DNA of 64,000 bases, from positions 17,928 to 81,927 of the IMG/VR virus record IMGVR_UViG_3300046001_006396; one strand, given 5' to 3'. A program made the position numbers and the translations under genes. Positions within the stretch are counted from its first letter, which is position 1. Each line of letters begins with the position of its first letter. The stretch is from a virus. Shown here piece by piece: positions 47,301 to 55,940 of this stretch. Below the pieces are notes generated by a model. The model saw nothing but the letters and a program-made list of their open reading frames with translations, was not told the origin of the DNA and did no database searches.

Positions 47301-47793
47301 ATTATTTACCTTGGCATTAACAAGAACATCAAACGGTTTTGAAGGGGAAATATTTCAAACAGTTAATAATAATATTTTTGAAGTTGCGGCCTATAATGAG
47401 TATCCTGATTATGTCGGTTTTACTTCTTTGGTTTGTGCGACGGTCACTGATTACAACGTACCTTTATTTGCGTTTAATAGTGTTACGGATGCAGTGATAC
47501 CCGTTTTAAACATATATGTTACTTTTATTAATTTTATAAATGAACTTAAAAATCTTAATGATGGGAACACCGACCAAGAAAAATACGAAAAAGCAATAGC
47601 CCAAGTTTTAATAACAACATGGGATACCACTGTAGCCTATGGTGATTCATCCGCAAATCCCCCAATACCACCATACACAGCACAACAAGCAAAAGATTTT
47701 GTTTTAACAAATGTTCAAAATAATAACATTTTAAGTGCGACATATGATAGTTACATAAACGCATGTAAAATAGCATTTACATATTTTCAATAA
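41380..47793 (+). CDS. Large baseplate hub-like virion protein (2137 aa)
   Basis: LGIKSIDV...ITLVDVQGRTL N-terminus and YSCSVTSLGNVMLQPMMYF...GPYLIDKVKHSI...FETTIEGTR (gp27/late control D-like); follows the LysM gene. Confidence 0.6.
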   Translation: MADDLTKKPIYIETDYDNVVLIDPNKIVVNNEIKDRLVDHEDLVFYANLETRVIPRSKLAFGESFDSPVFNTTVASVKGKVSDPSTVINFLQPLDRSRFDTSWSDQITGKGSTSANGANQISEKVSNVNGNFRFERNVNNYSDTQLLGIKSIDVSVQGGKGSTIFVPTVEITLVDVQGRTLFEQGEKSIYSVFFNMPYPLFYLTLKGYYGKAIRYELNLTKFNAKFDQQSGNYDIQLSLMGKLTGLLSDTLLDYAKTAPKMFPTTIQTIESAPAGTNQAVTSTNSSVGIQKLNEVYKIYESKGLIQKNFPRLTIEEFVMRCDNFNTAMQENIKKGDFAVLNDVQSYRDIVEELKKTVYTDILPKYLDTSNYIIYNGEIYYSFKNNLDFDTRERVKTDIDVEIKGAVENLKKNASFGENGEYYIGSEKFENQYIDVKLSSSMILTEFLYTNLSNDDYSKTLAAKINRPPTEDELILYKTQITKDFELTSQRLNVNTNALEDTTPILFKYGETQIGSTTYITDSFLWSIENILSTLKSKEEEINQTFSEQLAIQLIEDNAGLGFVPTIRNVMAIIFAGVDTFYRLMEKTHTEAWNKKNDPKRITSIVPPDKNFGIDSKNVVNYSGQLNNNNLVYPWPTYFTLEKQTDGRQLYTVQYLADPKFAKATNAFNYSIWPEIFFTEEYLDAAVRKTPLTNRNGYTNPTELNNYASCNTMEFPFTTIPYENPSEISFFYEWYERLYLTSHYTNLFIGDYKTKQVDKFIADLEARNISRGLIDNPTLKEKFKINKFNFTTLTDYLRTISSNGAGESWVKLERDLYVTDYIDGLVEKDYGLYSLDTIDGKSISLDTAVPLIENFKSYLESTETTKKTYLDLLPFVAEITFNINNDTTRAMIFLDDKKSIARLNETSDGTKLTFYGFYEKYTYKNANNNIFVTPETNVPIVDRSTLKKYFEETTNSDKGKRLTQNSIYYSNYSGNVTDSQYTTLLNTPLFINSLLNGIQKEKDGNINPYVSLGYVYLSSFIQNSLSGDITDYNENSIIGVYGSLSKFSAINQIPYNWMLYIGSIWHRYKNWIDNGVDILDDAWTDFNYKKYYDPITENLSKNYDIKNYTGGSTQFSAYITNTIPNTTTTLDIFNIGFYPKVINDIHWYLTKNDLFTNYDETEFSNAYNTGKLKIGQGTGSSGNLKKGLDKVIVNSYFQYLTFDKDPLVDKGNKVYVPIPSLGALPVNQSVLECANATNNLTQQIKDNPSVYNGSARSLWGLSNFGYFDLQKFKKPRPEQYIGGYLFSSDAYDQIDKIFAIFKPDILNEFENAFLGFCDPNATSSELLILQGERTSPNYVDTNKIKNIDKRRLKDQILNIFKVRADGVTINDKEDQDSKSIAQSQISNFSKKGQEFLKFDCLIKIGNPKNFNRKIFNSFSNDPLYQPVDKLNFDPYVPNSLPSSALTTPLIISKVNYPEEWKTLEKYVGYSRLKKVSYTDSGSTITDFFIDMDVAFTVDNIKTLYQIIKIYSKEKYLALTNGTAWSKEVFYTGFNSFLASQNAIFSDMILEVSSYLNKNLPSVSVTVDPTKSKIEGNITKLSTYNTFQAFNDRWIAGSDLTTKTLFEDFLFQDSSNSDIGDILQVDVMEVANSLKLQNNISILDLVGEVMRICGDTLFFAMPAYINFYGNNSPLKGGEPKNLDIPNSLFGTYTEVNYLDSKPKFLIIYVGKPSEHPQQKDNAFVLYGDDSYDLRNPSTNPVRVSTASPYNFSLSNKLVAFNVDFGIRNQNMFKSVSVGMDDKKVTAATFVTRDQMANGVNGNQVAQQTTSMYSLYQSMSYSCSVTSLGNVMLQPMMYFNLRHVPLFYGPYLIDKVKHSITADNFETTIEGTRMPKYALAMPDKLASYVKINYLEKYKQDILATKNPATTVTDVNTSLDPGANNGTTQAPEDVCLGLTNVKYQTLPFVGLVRTPVTYSEFADTIKGIPSLDVNIAITLFTLALTRTSNGFEGEIFQTVNNNIFEVAAYNEYPDYVGFTSLVCATVTDYNVPLFAFNSVTDAVIPVLNIYVTFINFINELKNLNDGNTDQEKYEKAIAQVLITTWDTTVAYGDSSANPPIPPYTAQQAKDFVLTNVQNNNILSATYDSYINACKIAFTYFQ

Positions 47794-47835
47794 TTTTATT
47801 GAATAACGATATATTTATATATAAATAAAAAAGTT

Positions 47836-48060
47836 ATGAGTACTAAAAAACTATTAGATGATTACTTGAAAAAAGATACAAGAATCACAGAAAAACAAGT
47901 TGACAACGGTTATAAAGAAGTTTGTGATTTAGATACGGGAGATTGTTATACTATAAGAATGAAAGATGGTCTTATTGAAAGATATGATAATACTGTTAAA
48001 ACAAACAGAACATTAAAAGTTGAAACACCTACAGGTGTTAAAACACTACTTAACGGGTAA
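47836..48060 (+). CDS. Hypothetical protein
   Basis: 74 aa, EVCDLDTGDCYTIR; TATTTATA at 47812. Confidence 0.6.
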   Translation: MSTKKLLDDYLKKDTRITEKQVDNGYKEVCDLDTGDCYTIRMKDGLIERYDNTVKTNRTLKVETPTGVKTLLNG

Positions 48061-48075
48061 AAATATATTTTAAAA

Positions 48076-48777
48076 ATGAACGTGGAAAAAAAAATACTTG
48101 AAGAATTAAGAAGGTTTAATGAAATCAATAGATATATTATAAAGGAACAAGAATTAGGGGGGGATGTACCACCTCCACCACCTACTGGAGACGAGGCCGG
48201 ATTGGGCACACCACCTCCACCACCTGCCGATGCTGCTGGAGGGGAAATGGCACCACCTGCCGATGCTGCCGGAGGGGCTCCCGAAGAAATTGCTGAACCA
48301 ACACCTGTTGATGTACAAAATGACCCCGACGTTGAAGAAGTCGGTGGAGAAGAAGAAGGTGAAATGGGAGGTGAGGACACTGAAGAAATTGATATCACAG
48401 ATTTAGTTACCACACAAAAAGAAATCCAAACAAAACAAGACGAATTTATGGATGGAATATTTTCTAAATTAGATGAATTGGAGGGTAAATTACAACAAAT
48501 GGATAACATAATGAATAAGATTAATTCATTAGAAAATAAATTTGACAAATATAGAGAAAAAACACCTGAAGAAAAATTAATGTTAAGGTCTTTAGACTCC
48601 TACCCCTATAATCAAAAATTAACAGATTTTTTTGATGACAAAAAAGGAGAAATGGAAGAAACGGGCAAAAATGAATACGTTTTAACATCTGATGAGGTTG
48701 AGAATTTCTCACCAAACGAAGTTAAAAAAACATTCAATACTTACGGGATTGAAAATGAAGAAGGGATGAGATACTAA
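48076..48777 (+). CDS. Acidic, Pro-rich coiled-coil protein (possible head/scaffold-associated)
   Basis: PPPP/DAAGG low-complexity region, coiled coil, SLDSYPYNQKLTDFF. Confidence 0.6.
   Translation: MNVEKKILEELRRFNEINRYIIKEQELGGDVPPPPPTGDEAGLGTPPPPPADAAGGEMAPPADAAGGAPEEIAEPTPVDVQNDPDVEEVGGEEEGEMGGEDTEEIDITDLVTTQKEIQTKQDEFMDGIFSKLDELEGKLQQMDNIMNKINSLENKFDKYREKTPEEKLMLRSLDSYPYNQKLTDFFDDKKGEMEETGKNEYVLTSDEVENFSPNEVKKTFNTYGIENEEGMRY
48218..48277 (+). repeat. 27-bp imperfect direct repeat (33-bp period) encoding PPADAAGG twice
   Basis: caccacctgccgatgctgc(t/c)ggagggg at 48218 and 48251. Confidence 0.8.
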
Positions 48778-48786
48778 AACAAATGA

Positions 48787-48810
48787 GGGAGGTTAACACT
48801 TCCCTTTTTT
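48787..48810 (+). terminator. Rho-independent terminator
   Basis: AGGGAGG...CTTCCCT followed by a T run. Confidence 0.7.
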
Positions 48811-48821
48811 GTTTCCTAATA

Positions 48822-48852
48822 TTTGACATTTTACAAAAATCACTTATAATTG
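48822..48852 (+). promoter_or_regulatory. Host-RNA-polymerase-type promoter upstream of the SSB/recombination genes
   Basis: TTGACA (48823)-16 nt-TATAAT (48845). Also reads as TTTG-19 nt-TATAATTG, close to the Bacteroidota -33/-7 consensus. Confidence 0.65.
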
Positions 48853-48888
48853 TTATAGATAAAAGAGTATAAATTAAAAACAAAATCT

Positions 48889-49743
48889 ATGACAAATTCA
48901 ATTGACGCAGTACTTGCACAGTACGAAAAAAACTCGGCACCGAGTTCACAAAAACAAAAAATTTCACAAGAAGACAGATTGAAAAGATACTTTTCAGCAA
49001 TTCTTCAAAAGAATGAAAAATCGGGACAACGTAGAGTTCGTATCCTACCAACAAAAGACGGTTCATCACCATTTGTAGAAGTTTGGTACCATGAAATGCA
49101 AATTAATGGAGACTGGGTTAAGTTGTATGACCCTGAAAAAAATGACAACGAGCGTTCCCCACTTACAGAAGTTTATAATGAACTTATGTCTACAGGGAAA
49201 AAAGAAGATAAAGATTTGGCTTCTCAATACCGTTCACGTTTATTCTACATCGTAAAAGTGGTTGACCGCGATAATGAACAAGACGGAGTTAAGTTTTGGA
49301 GATTCAAACATAACTACAAACAAGAAGGTGTATTGGATAAAATCCTACCTATTTGGAAGGCAAAGGGTGACCTTACAGATTCTGAAAAAGGACGTGATTT
49401 AATTATTGAACTAATCAAAGCAAAAACACCACAAGGAAAAGAATACACAGTAGTTCAAACTATTATGTATGATGACCCAGCACCATTACATGAAGACAAA
49501 GGAATTATGGAAGGTTGGTTGGAAGACGAACTTACTTGGAATGATGTTTACGCTAAAAAACCTGTAGAATATTTGGAAGCAGTAGCGGTAGGAGAAACAC
49601 CAATGTGGAGTTCTGAACTTAAAAAATTTGTTTATGGTGAAGAGGCTGAGATTTCTCTTGGTGGTGGAACCGAAACAAAAGTAGAAACTACAATTGTTGA
49701 TCCGCAGGCAAACGCTGAAGCTGACGAGGATTTACCATTCTAA
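48889..49743 (+). CDS. Single-stranded DNA-binding protein (T4 gp32-like)
   Basis: VRILP...PFVEVWYH, VKVVDRD, GRDLII, acidic tail ending DEDLPF. Confidence 0.8.
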   Translation: MTNSIDAVLAQYEKNSAPSSQKQKISQEDRLKRYFSAILQKNEKSGQRRVRILPTKDGSSPFVEVWYHEMQINGDWVKLYDPEKNDNERSPLTEVYNELMSTGKKEDKDLASQYRSRLFYIVKVVDRDNEQDGVKFWRFKHNYKQEGVLDKILPIWKAKGDLTDSEKGRDLIIELIKAKTPQGKEYTVVQTIMYDDPAPLHEDKGIMEGWLEDELTWNDVYAKKPVEYLEAVAVGETPMWSSELKKFVYGEEAEISLGGGTETKVETTIVDPQANAEADEDLPF

Positions 49744-49761
49744 TAAAATCCTATAAAAGAT

Positions 49762-49794
49762 AGGTAGTGATTGACAAAGTCACTACCTTTTTTT
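49762..49794 (+). terminator. Rho-independent terminator
   Basis: AGGTAGTGA-loop-TCACTACCT followed by a T run. Confidence 0.7.
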
Positions 49795-49818
49795 AATTTT
49801 TAAAAAACAAACAAATAT

Positions 49819-50826
49819 ATGGCAATTAAAAAGAATGACTTTGGGTCATTAAAAAAGAAATTTTCTACGTCAGCAAAATATAAACCACAAAGATTTTTTG
49901 ATCTTGGTGCACCATTTTTAGACGCAGTTGGATTACCAGGTCCGGCGATGGGACATATTAATATGTTCTTGGGACATTCTGATACTGGTAAGACAACTGC
50001 CTTAGTTAAAACTGCGGTAGATGCGCAAAAGAAAGGAATACTTCCTGTGTTCATTATTACAGAACAAAAATGGAGTTTTGATCATGCTAAACTAATGGGG
50101 TTTGAATGTAATGAAGTCGTTGACACGGAAACGGGAGAGTTAGAGTGGGATGGTTTTTACATCTTTAATAATAACTTTGACTACATTGAACAAATCACAG
50201 ATTACATTAACGAATTGTTAGATGCTCAAGAAAAGGGTGATTTAGATTATTCACTATGTATCATGTGGGATTCTGTAGGTTCCGTTCCTTGTAAAATGAC
50301 ATATGAAGGTAAAGGGGGTAAACAACACAACGCAAGTGTTTTGGCCGACAAAATTGGTATGGGAATCAATCAACGTATTTCAGGTTCACGTAAATCCGAT
50401 TCTAAATATGAGAACACACTAATCATCGTTAACCAACCTTGGGTAGAATTACCTGACAATCCTTTTGGGCAACCAAAAATTAAAGCAAAAGGTGGTGAAG
50501 CAATTTGGTTGAACTCGTCGTTGGTATTCTTATTTGGAAACCAAAAAGGTGCAGGAACAACTAAAATCACAGCAACAAAAGACAAACGAACAGTTAAGTT
50601 TGCATCAAGAACAAAGGTATCGGTTATGAAAAACCACATCAATGGACTTGGATTTGAAGATGGTAAAATCATTGTAACACCACACGGATTTTTACCAGGA
50701 AAAGAATCATCAGAAGAGAAAGCTTCAATTGAACAATACAAAAAAGAATATGCTGAGTATTGGAAAGAAATAATCGGAGTTGATGGTGACTTTGATTTGA
50801 AAGCAGAAAAAGAAGAAGTTGAGTAA
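49819..50826 (+). CDS. uvsX: RecA/UvsX-family recombinase
   Basis: Walker A GHSDTGKTT, Walker B IMWDSVG, IIVNQ, KGGEA, MKNH. Confidence 0.85.
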   Translation: MAIKKNDFGSLKKKFSTSAKYKPQRFFDLGAPFLDAVGLPGPAMGHINMFLGHSDTGKTTALVKTAVDAQKKGILPVFIITEQKWSFDHAKLMGFECNEVVDTETGELEWDGFYIFNNNFDYIEQITDYINELLDAQEKGDLDYSLCIMWDSVGSVPCKMTYEGKGGKQHNASVLADKIGMGINQRISGSRKSDSKYENTLIIVNQPWVELPDNPFGQPKIKAKGGEAIWLNSSLVFLFGNQKGAGTTKITATKDKRTVKFASRTKVSVMKNHINGLGFEDGKIIVTPHGFLPGKESSEEKASIEQYKKEYAEYWKEIIGVDGDFDLKAEKEEVE

Positions 50827-50847
50827 GAACCCTGTAATAATACAGAA

Positions 50848-51855
50848 ATGACAAAGACGTTATTGGTTGACGGAAACAACCTATTAAAAATTGGATTTCA
50901 CGGTGTTAAAGATTACTTTAACAAAGGTGAACACATTGGAGGTCTTTGGCACTTCCTAAACACATTACGAAGGTTTATAGACGAAGAAAACTTCAACAAG
51001 GTTGTTGTATTTTGGGATGGTGAAACAAGTACTTCACAAAGAAGGTTAATCTACCCAAAATACAAACTTAACCGAAAGGCTCCCGAAAACGAGTTAAAAG
51101 AAGAATCATTTAACAAACAAAAACATAGAGTTAAGGAATACCTTGAAGAAATGTTTGTTAGACAAGTTGAGTTCCCAAACTCAGAAGCTGATGATTTAAT
51201 TGCATATTATTGTCAAATCTCTAAAGGAGAAGATAAAACTATTTTTAGTGGAGATAGGGACCTTACACAACTTATTTCTGATGATGTGACTATCTATTCA
51301 CCCAACACAAAGAAGTATCATAAGAAGGGAGATAATATTAAATTACACGATATTGAGATTCCTCACTATAATGTAAAAACATTTAAAATATTATCTGGCG
51401 ATAAATCAGATAACATTGATGGTATCTATTATTTGGGTGAGAAAACTTTCGTTAAATTATTTCCTGAGCTACTTGAAAAAGAAGTTTCTTTTACCGATAT
51501 TTTAACAAGAGGTGAAGAACTACTAAAAGAACAAAAAGACAATACTGTTTTAAAGAATCTTTTAACGGGGAAAACCAAGGAGGGTATTTTTGGGGATGAG
51601 TTTTTTGAAATCAATAAAAAAATTGTTGATTTATCTGAACCATTAATATCTGACGAAGGAAAAGAATTAGTTGAGTCGTATTACTCTGAGTCATTGGATC
51701 CTGACGGAAGAGGATATAAGAATCTAATTAGAATGATGATGGAGGACGGCATCTTTAAATACCTTCCAAAAAACGATGAAGCTTGGGTTTATTTTTTAAA
51801 ACCATTTTTAAAACTAACAAGAAAAGAAAAAACAAAATTTAAAACAAAAAAGTAA
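50848..51855 (+). CDS. 5'-3' exonuclease / flap endonuclease (T4 RNase H-like)
   Basis: LLVDGNN, VVFWDG, YKLNR, EADDLIA, SGDRDLTQL, GDKSDNIDG. Confidence 0.92.
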   Translation: MTKTLLVDGNNLLKIGFHGVKDYFNKGEHIGGLWHFLNTLRRFIDEENFNKVVVFWDGETSTSQRRLIYPKYKLNRKAPENELKEESFNKQKHRVKEYLEEMFVRQVEFPNSEADDLIAYYCQISKGEDKTIFSGDRDLTQLISDDVTIYSPNTKKYHKKGDNIKLHDIEIPHYNVKTFKILSGDKSDNIDGIYYLGEKTFVKLFPELLEKEVSFTDILTRGEELLKEQKDNTVLKNLLTGKTKEGIFGDEFFEINKKIVDLSEPLISDEGKELVESYYSESLDPDGRGYKNLIRMMMEDGIFKYLPKNDEAWVYFLKPFLKLTRKEKTKFKTKK

Positions 51856-51859
51856 AATT

Positions 51860-52312
51860 ATGAAAGAACAAAACGACATAACGAAAGTTGAATTTCTAAT
51901 GACACTTAATAACAATTTTGTGATTCAGAGATTCTTTAACGTAAAAGGATACAACGGAAACGCTAAGAATAGTGTTGAGTTATATCATTATATTAAAGGA
52001 CTATCATCTGAACTACAAACAAAGTTAAGAAATAAGTGTGTTGTTTATATGTTGGAAAACAGATTTGAAATTGAAGAGGACGCAAAAGTCCTTGACACAT
52101 CAAATACCGAGGGACCTGAAACATTTAACATTATTTTAAAGGTTGGAAATGAGACAATTTGTCATAGAGTGTTTGATGCAAAATTGTACCCACCAAAGGT
52201 AAGATATACGCTGGATGTACGACCAACCATAAAATCAGTATTGAAAGATTTAACTGACATTTTATCAGATGAAAATTTATCTTATGAATATGCGAATTAT
52301 TCATTTGTATAA
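51860..52312 (+). CDS. Hypothetical phage protein
   Basis: 150-aa ORF in the replication operon. Confidence 0.6.
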   Translation: MKEQNDITKVEFLMTLNNNFVIQRFFNVKGYNGNAKNSVELYHYIKGLSSELQTKLRNKCVVYMLENRFEIEEDAKVLDTSNTEGPETFNIILKVGNETICHRVFDAKLYPPKVRYTLDVRPTIKSVLKDLTDILSDENLSYEYANYSFV

Positions 52313-52350
52313 TAGTATTTATTAAAACACAGAACAAAATCTTATAAAAT

Positions 52351-53733
52351 ATGTCAGACAAAAAGAACTTCGGGTACTTAGGAAATACTTTTCAAATACA
52401 ACTTTTAAACAATATAGTAACATACAAAGATTTTGCTAATTCCATCATAGAAGTTATTGACCCCCACTATTTTGATAACCAATATTTTAGAATCATTTGT
52501 CAAATGATTAGAGAGTATTATACAAAATATGAACATACTCCGACATTTGATACTCTTGAACAATTAACAAAATCAGAAATCAGTTCACCTATGGCTCAAA
52601 AGAGTATTTTAGATACATTAGAACAGGTTAAAAATGTGGCTGACGAAGGTTCCGTATTTGTGCAAGAAAAGTCCTTAAAATTCTGTAAACAACAGGAACT
52701 CCAAAAAGTAATGGTAAAAACTCAGTCAATCATTGATAAAGGTGATTTTGAGAGTTACGATAAGTTAGAAGAAATGGTTAGGGGAGCTCTCCAAGTTGGT
52801 GAAGTAGATAAGGGGACCACAGATGTGTTCTTTAACCTTGACGAGGTATTAAATGATGATTACAGACACCCAATTCCTATTGGGGTCCCCGGTATAGATA
52901 ATTTATTAAAAGGAGGATTAGCCAAAGGAGAAATTGGCGTTATTTTAGCCCCTACCGGAGTTGGTAAATCAACATTTACTACCAAAATCGCAAACCACGC
53001 GTTTAACTTAGGTTACAACGTACTTCAAATATTTTTTGAAGACAACCCCAAAATTATCCAAAGAAAACACATAACACTTTGGACTGGAATTCATCCTGAC
53101 GACTTAACTGAAAGAAAAGAAGACGTTATAGAAAAAGTTAAACATATTCAGTCAACAAGAAAAAATAAGTTGATTATGAAAAAGTTGGCTTCAGATACTG
53201 TAACTATGAATCAGATTAAGAACCAAGTTAGAAAAATGATTGCCGAAGGAACAAAAATTGATATGATTATTTTAGATTATATTGATTGTGTTGTACCCGA
53301 CAAGAACTTAGGTGACGAATGGAAAAGTGAAGGTTCAGTTATGAGAGGGTTTGAGGCTATGTGTCACGAATTGGATATCGCAGGATGGACAGCAACGCAG
53401 GGGAATAGAAACTCAATATCATCAGAGGTAGTAACAACAGACCAAATGGGTGGGTCAATTAAGAAGGCACAAGTTGGTCACGTAATTATTACGGTGGCTA
53501 AGAGTCTACAACAAAAAGAGATGAATTTAGCAACAATTGCAATTACCAAATCAAGAATTGGTAAAGATGGGGTTATCTTTGAAAATTGTAAATTTGATAA
53601 CGGTATGTTAGATATTGACACAGAACAAAGTGTTACATTCCTTGGACACGAGGAACAAAAAGAAGAAAGAAATCGTAGCCGAATCAAAGAACTTTTAGAA
53701 AAGAAAAAACAAAAAGAACAACAAGAATCTTAA
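52351..53733 (+). CDS. dnaB: Replicative DnaB-family helicase (gp41-like)
   Basis: GGLAKGE, APTGVGKST, LDYID, WTATQGNR, KSRIG. Confidence 0.9.
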   Translation: MSDKKNFGYLGNTFQIQLLNNIVTYKDFANSIIEVIDPHYFDNQYFRIICQMIREYYTKYEHTPTFDTLEQLTKSEISSPMAQKSILDTLEQVKNVADEGSVFVQEKSLKFCKQQELQKVMVKTQSIIDKGDFESYDKLEEMVRGALQVGEVDKGTTDVFFNLDEVLNDDYRHPIPIGVPGIDNLLKGGLAKGEIGVILAPTGVGKSTFTTKIANHAFNLGYNVLQIFFEDNPKIIQRKHITLWTGIHPDDLTERKEDVIEKVKHIQSTRKNKLIMKKLASDTVTMNQIKNQVRKMIAEGTKIDMIILDYIDCVVPDKNLGDEWKSEGSVMRGFEAMCHELDIAGWTATQGNRNSISSEVVTTDQMGGSIKKAQVGHVIITVAKSLQQKEMNLATIAITKSRIGKDGVIFENCKFDNGMLDIDTEQSVTFLGHEEQKEERNRSRIKELLEKKKQKEQQES

Positions 53734-53759
53734 ATAAAATTATTAAAATTGAATTAAAA

Positions 53760-55619
53760 ATGGATATTTCGCAAAAAATATTAAGTGACATTACTGTCTT
53801 TATGAAATACGCAAAGTTTCAACCGGAAAAGAACCGTAGAGAGACTTGGGAAGAGTTGGTAACCCGTAACAAAGAAATGCACCAACGTAAATACCCTCAC
53901 ATCAAAGATGAGATTGAAGAGGTATATAAAATGGTATACGACAAGAAAGTATTACCATCAATGAGATCATTACAATTTGGTGGTAAACCAATTGAGATTT
54001 CACCAAACAGAGTTTACAACTGTGCATATATGCCAATTGACCACGTTGACTCGTTTTCTGAAACAATGTTTTTACTTTTAGGTGGAACAGGAGTTGGTTA
54101 CTCAGTTCAAAAACACCACGTTGAAAAATTACCAGATATTAAAAAGCCAAACCCTGAAAGAACAAGACGTTACCTTATTGGTGACTCTATTGAGGGATGG
54201 GCAGATGCCATTAAAGTATTAATGGAATCATATTTAGGTTACAAATCATCAACACCTATATTTGATTTTTCAGATATTAGACATAAGGGTGCGATGCTTG
54301 TAACATCAGGAGGAAAGGCTCCAGGGCCTCAACCATTAAAAGATTGTATTCATCACATAACAAAAGTGTTGGATAACAAAAAAGACGGTGAAAAACTAAC
54401 ACCAATTGAAACTCACGATATCGTGTGTCATATTGCCGACGCTGTACTTGCAGGTGGTATTAGAAGAGCGGCACTTATCTCATTATTCTCGGCTGATGAT
54501 GAAGAAATGATTTCTTGTAAGTCAGGTAGTTGGTGGGAACAAAACGCACAAAGAGGTAGAGCGAATAACTCGGCAGTACTTCTTCGTCACAAAATCACAA
54601 AAGAATTCTTTATGGATTTATGGAAACGTATTGAGTTATCAGGAGCGGGAGAACCAGGAATTTATCTATCAAATGATAAAGATTGGGGAACAAACCCTTG
54701 TTGTGAGATAGGACTTCGTCCATTCCAATTCTGTAACCTATGTGAAGTAAATGCGTCTGATATTCAATCGCAAGAGGACTTTGATAAAAGAGTTAGAGCG
54801 GCAACATTCATTGGTACACTACAAGCGGGATATACAGATTTCCATTATCTAAGAGACATTTGGAAAAGAACAACTGAAAAAGACGCTCTTATTGGTGTTG
54901 GAATGACAGGTATTGGTTCAGGTGTTGTTTTGGGTTACGATATGAAAAAAGCAGCTAAAGCGGTTAAAGAAGAAAATGAAAGAGTAGCAACACTTATTGG
55001 GATTAATAAGTCGGCAAGAACAACGACTGTTAAACCATCAGGTACCTCATCATTGGTATTGGGAACATCATCAGGAATCCACGCTTGGCATAATGACTTC
55101 TATTTAAGAAGAATCCGTGTAGGTAAAAATGAATCAATCTATTCTTACTTGGCAATTAATCACCCTGAGTTGATTGAAGATGAGTTTTTCCGTCCTCACG
55201 ATACTGCAGTAATTACTATCCCACAAAAGGCACCTGAAGGGTCTATCATAAGACACGAATCAGTATTCCAAATGTTGGAAAGAGTTAAGAAAGTTTCTCA
55301 AGAATGGATTAAACCTGGACATAGAAACGGACAGAATAGTCACAACGTATCAGCAACAGTTTCAATTAAAGAAGATGAGTGGGATTTAGTTGGTGATTGG
55401 ATGTGGAATAATAGAGAGTACTATAACGGATTATCTGTATTACCTTACAACGGAGGTACATATACCCAGGCACCTTTCTCCGATTGTACAAAAGAAGAAT
55501 ATGAAAGTTTAGTAAAAACACTAACCAACATAGACTTAACCCAAGTAATTGAACTACAAGACAATACAGATTTACGAGGGGAAGCTGCTTGCGCTGGTGG
55601 AGCTTGTGAAATTGTTTAA
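53760..55619 (+). CDS. nrdJ: Class II (adenosylcobalamin-dependent) ribonucleotide reductase
   Basis: PSMRSLQFGG, YNCAY, GGIRRAA, TNPCCEI, TTVKPSGT and C-terminal CAGGACE; no adjacent NrdB. Confidence 0.88.
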   Translation: MDISQKILSDITVFMKYAKFQPEKNRRETWEELVTRNKEMHQRKYPHIKDEIEEVYKMVYDKKVLPSMRSLQFGGKPIEISPNRVYNCAYMPIDHVDSFSETMFLLLGGTGVGYSVQKHHVEKLPDIKKPNPERTRRYLIGDSIEGWADAIKVLMESYLGYKSSTPIFDFSDIRHKGAMLVTSGGKAPGPQPLKDCIHHITKVLDNKKDGEKLTPIETHDIVCHIADAVLAGGIRRAALISLFSADDEEMISCKSGSWWEQNAQRGRANNSAVLLRHKITKEFFMDLWKRIELSGAGEPGIYLSNDKDWGTNPCCEIGLRPFQFCNLCEVNASDIQSQEDFDKRVRAATFIGTLQAGYTDFHYLRDIWKRTTEKDALIGVGMTGIGSGVVLGYDMKKAAKAVKEENERVATLIGINKSARTTTVKPSGTSSLVLGTSSGIHAWHNDFYLRRIRVGKNESIYSYLAINHPELIEDEFFRPHDTAVITIPQKAPEGSIIRHESVFQMLERVKKVSQEWIKPGHRNGQNSHNVSATVSIKEDEWDLVGDWMWNNREYYNGLSVLPYNGGTYTQAPFSDCTKEEYESLVKTLTNIDLTQVIELQDNTDLRGEAACAGGACEIV

Positions 55620-55648
55620 ATCATGAAAGTACAATGGGGAAATAATAC

Positions 55649-55680
55649 AACGCTAACATACCAAGTTTTGTTAGCGTTTT
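55649..55680 (+). terminator. Hairpin/terminator after the RNR gene
   Basis: AACGCTAACA-10 nt-TGTTAGCGTT followed by TT. Confidence 0.55.
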
Positions 55681-55704
55681 ATAATCTTAGAAAAATAAAT
55701 TAAA

Positions 55705-55932
55705 ATGAATGTAGGAGCATCTAAAGATTGGGTACAACAATTATATGTTAGAGAGTTTGGTCCAAAATTACAACCAAACGAATTTTACTATGACACTCAA
55801 GGTAGGATGGTAATGACAGAAGAGTACCATAAACGTAGAGGTAGTTGTTGTGGGAGTGGATGTTTACATTGTTGTTATTCGCCACCTTTTGAAAAGGGTA
55901 ATACAACACTAAAAGAAAAAACTAACGAATAG
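55705..55932 (+). CDS. Small Cys-rich protein (DUF5522-like)
   Basis: YYD..GRMVMTEEYHKRRGSCCGSGCLHCCY. Confidence 0.7.
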   Translation: MNVGASKDWVQQLYVREFGPKLQPNEFYYDTQGRMVMTEEYHKRRGSCCGSGCLHCCYSPPFEKGNTTLKEKTNE

Positions 55933-55940
55933 TAAATTTT

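Noticed and set aside
49771-49776. TTGACA upstream of the recombinase as a -35 box
   Set aside because: It lies in the loop of a terminator hairpin and has no convincing -10 at the right spacing.
17796-55619. Inteins or self-splicing introns in PolB, SNF2, DnaB, RecA or RNR
   Set aside because: Each ORF is continuous, of expected size, with no intein splice motifs or LAGLIDADG blocks seen.
55623-55703. 26-codon ORF MKVQWGNNTTLTYQVLLAFYNLRKIN between nrdJ and the Cys-rich gene
   Set aside because: It fits the gap but is too short to support, and the stretch is also explained by a terminator-like hairpin.
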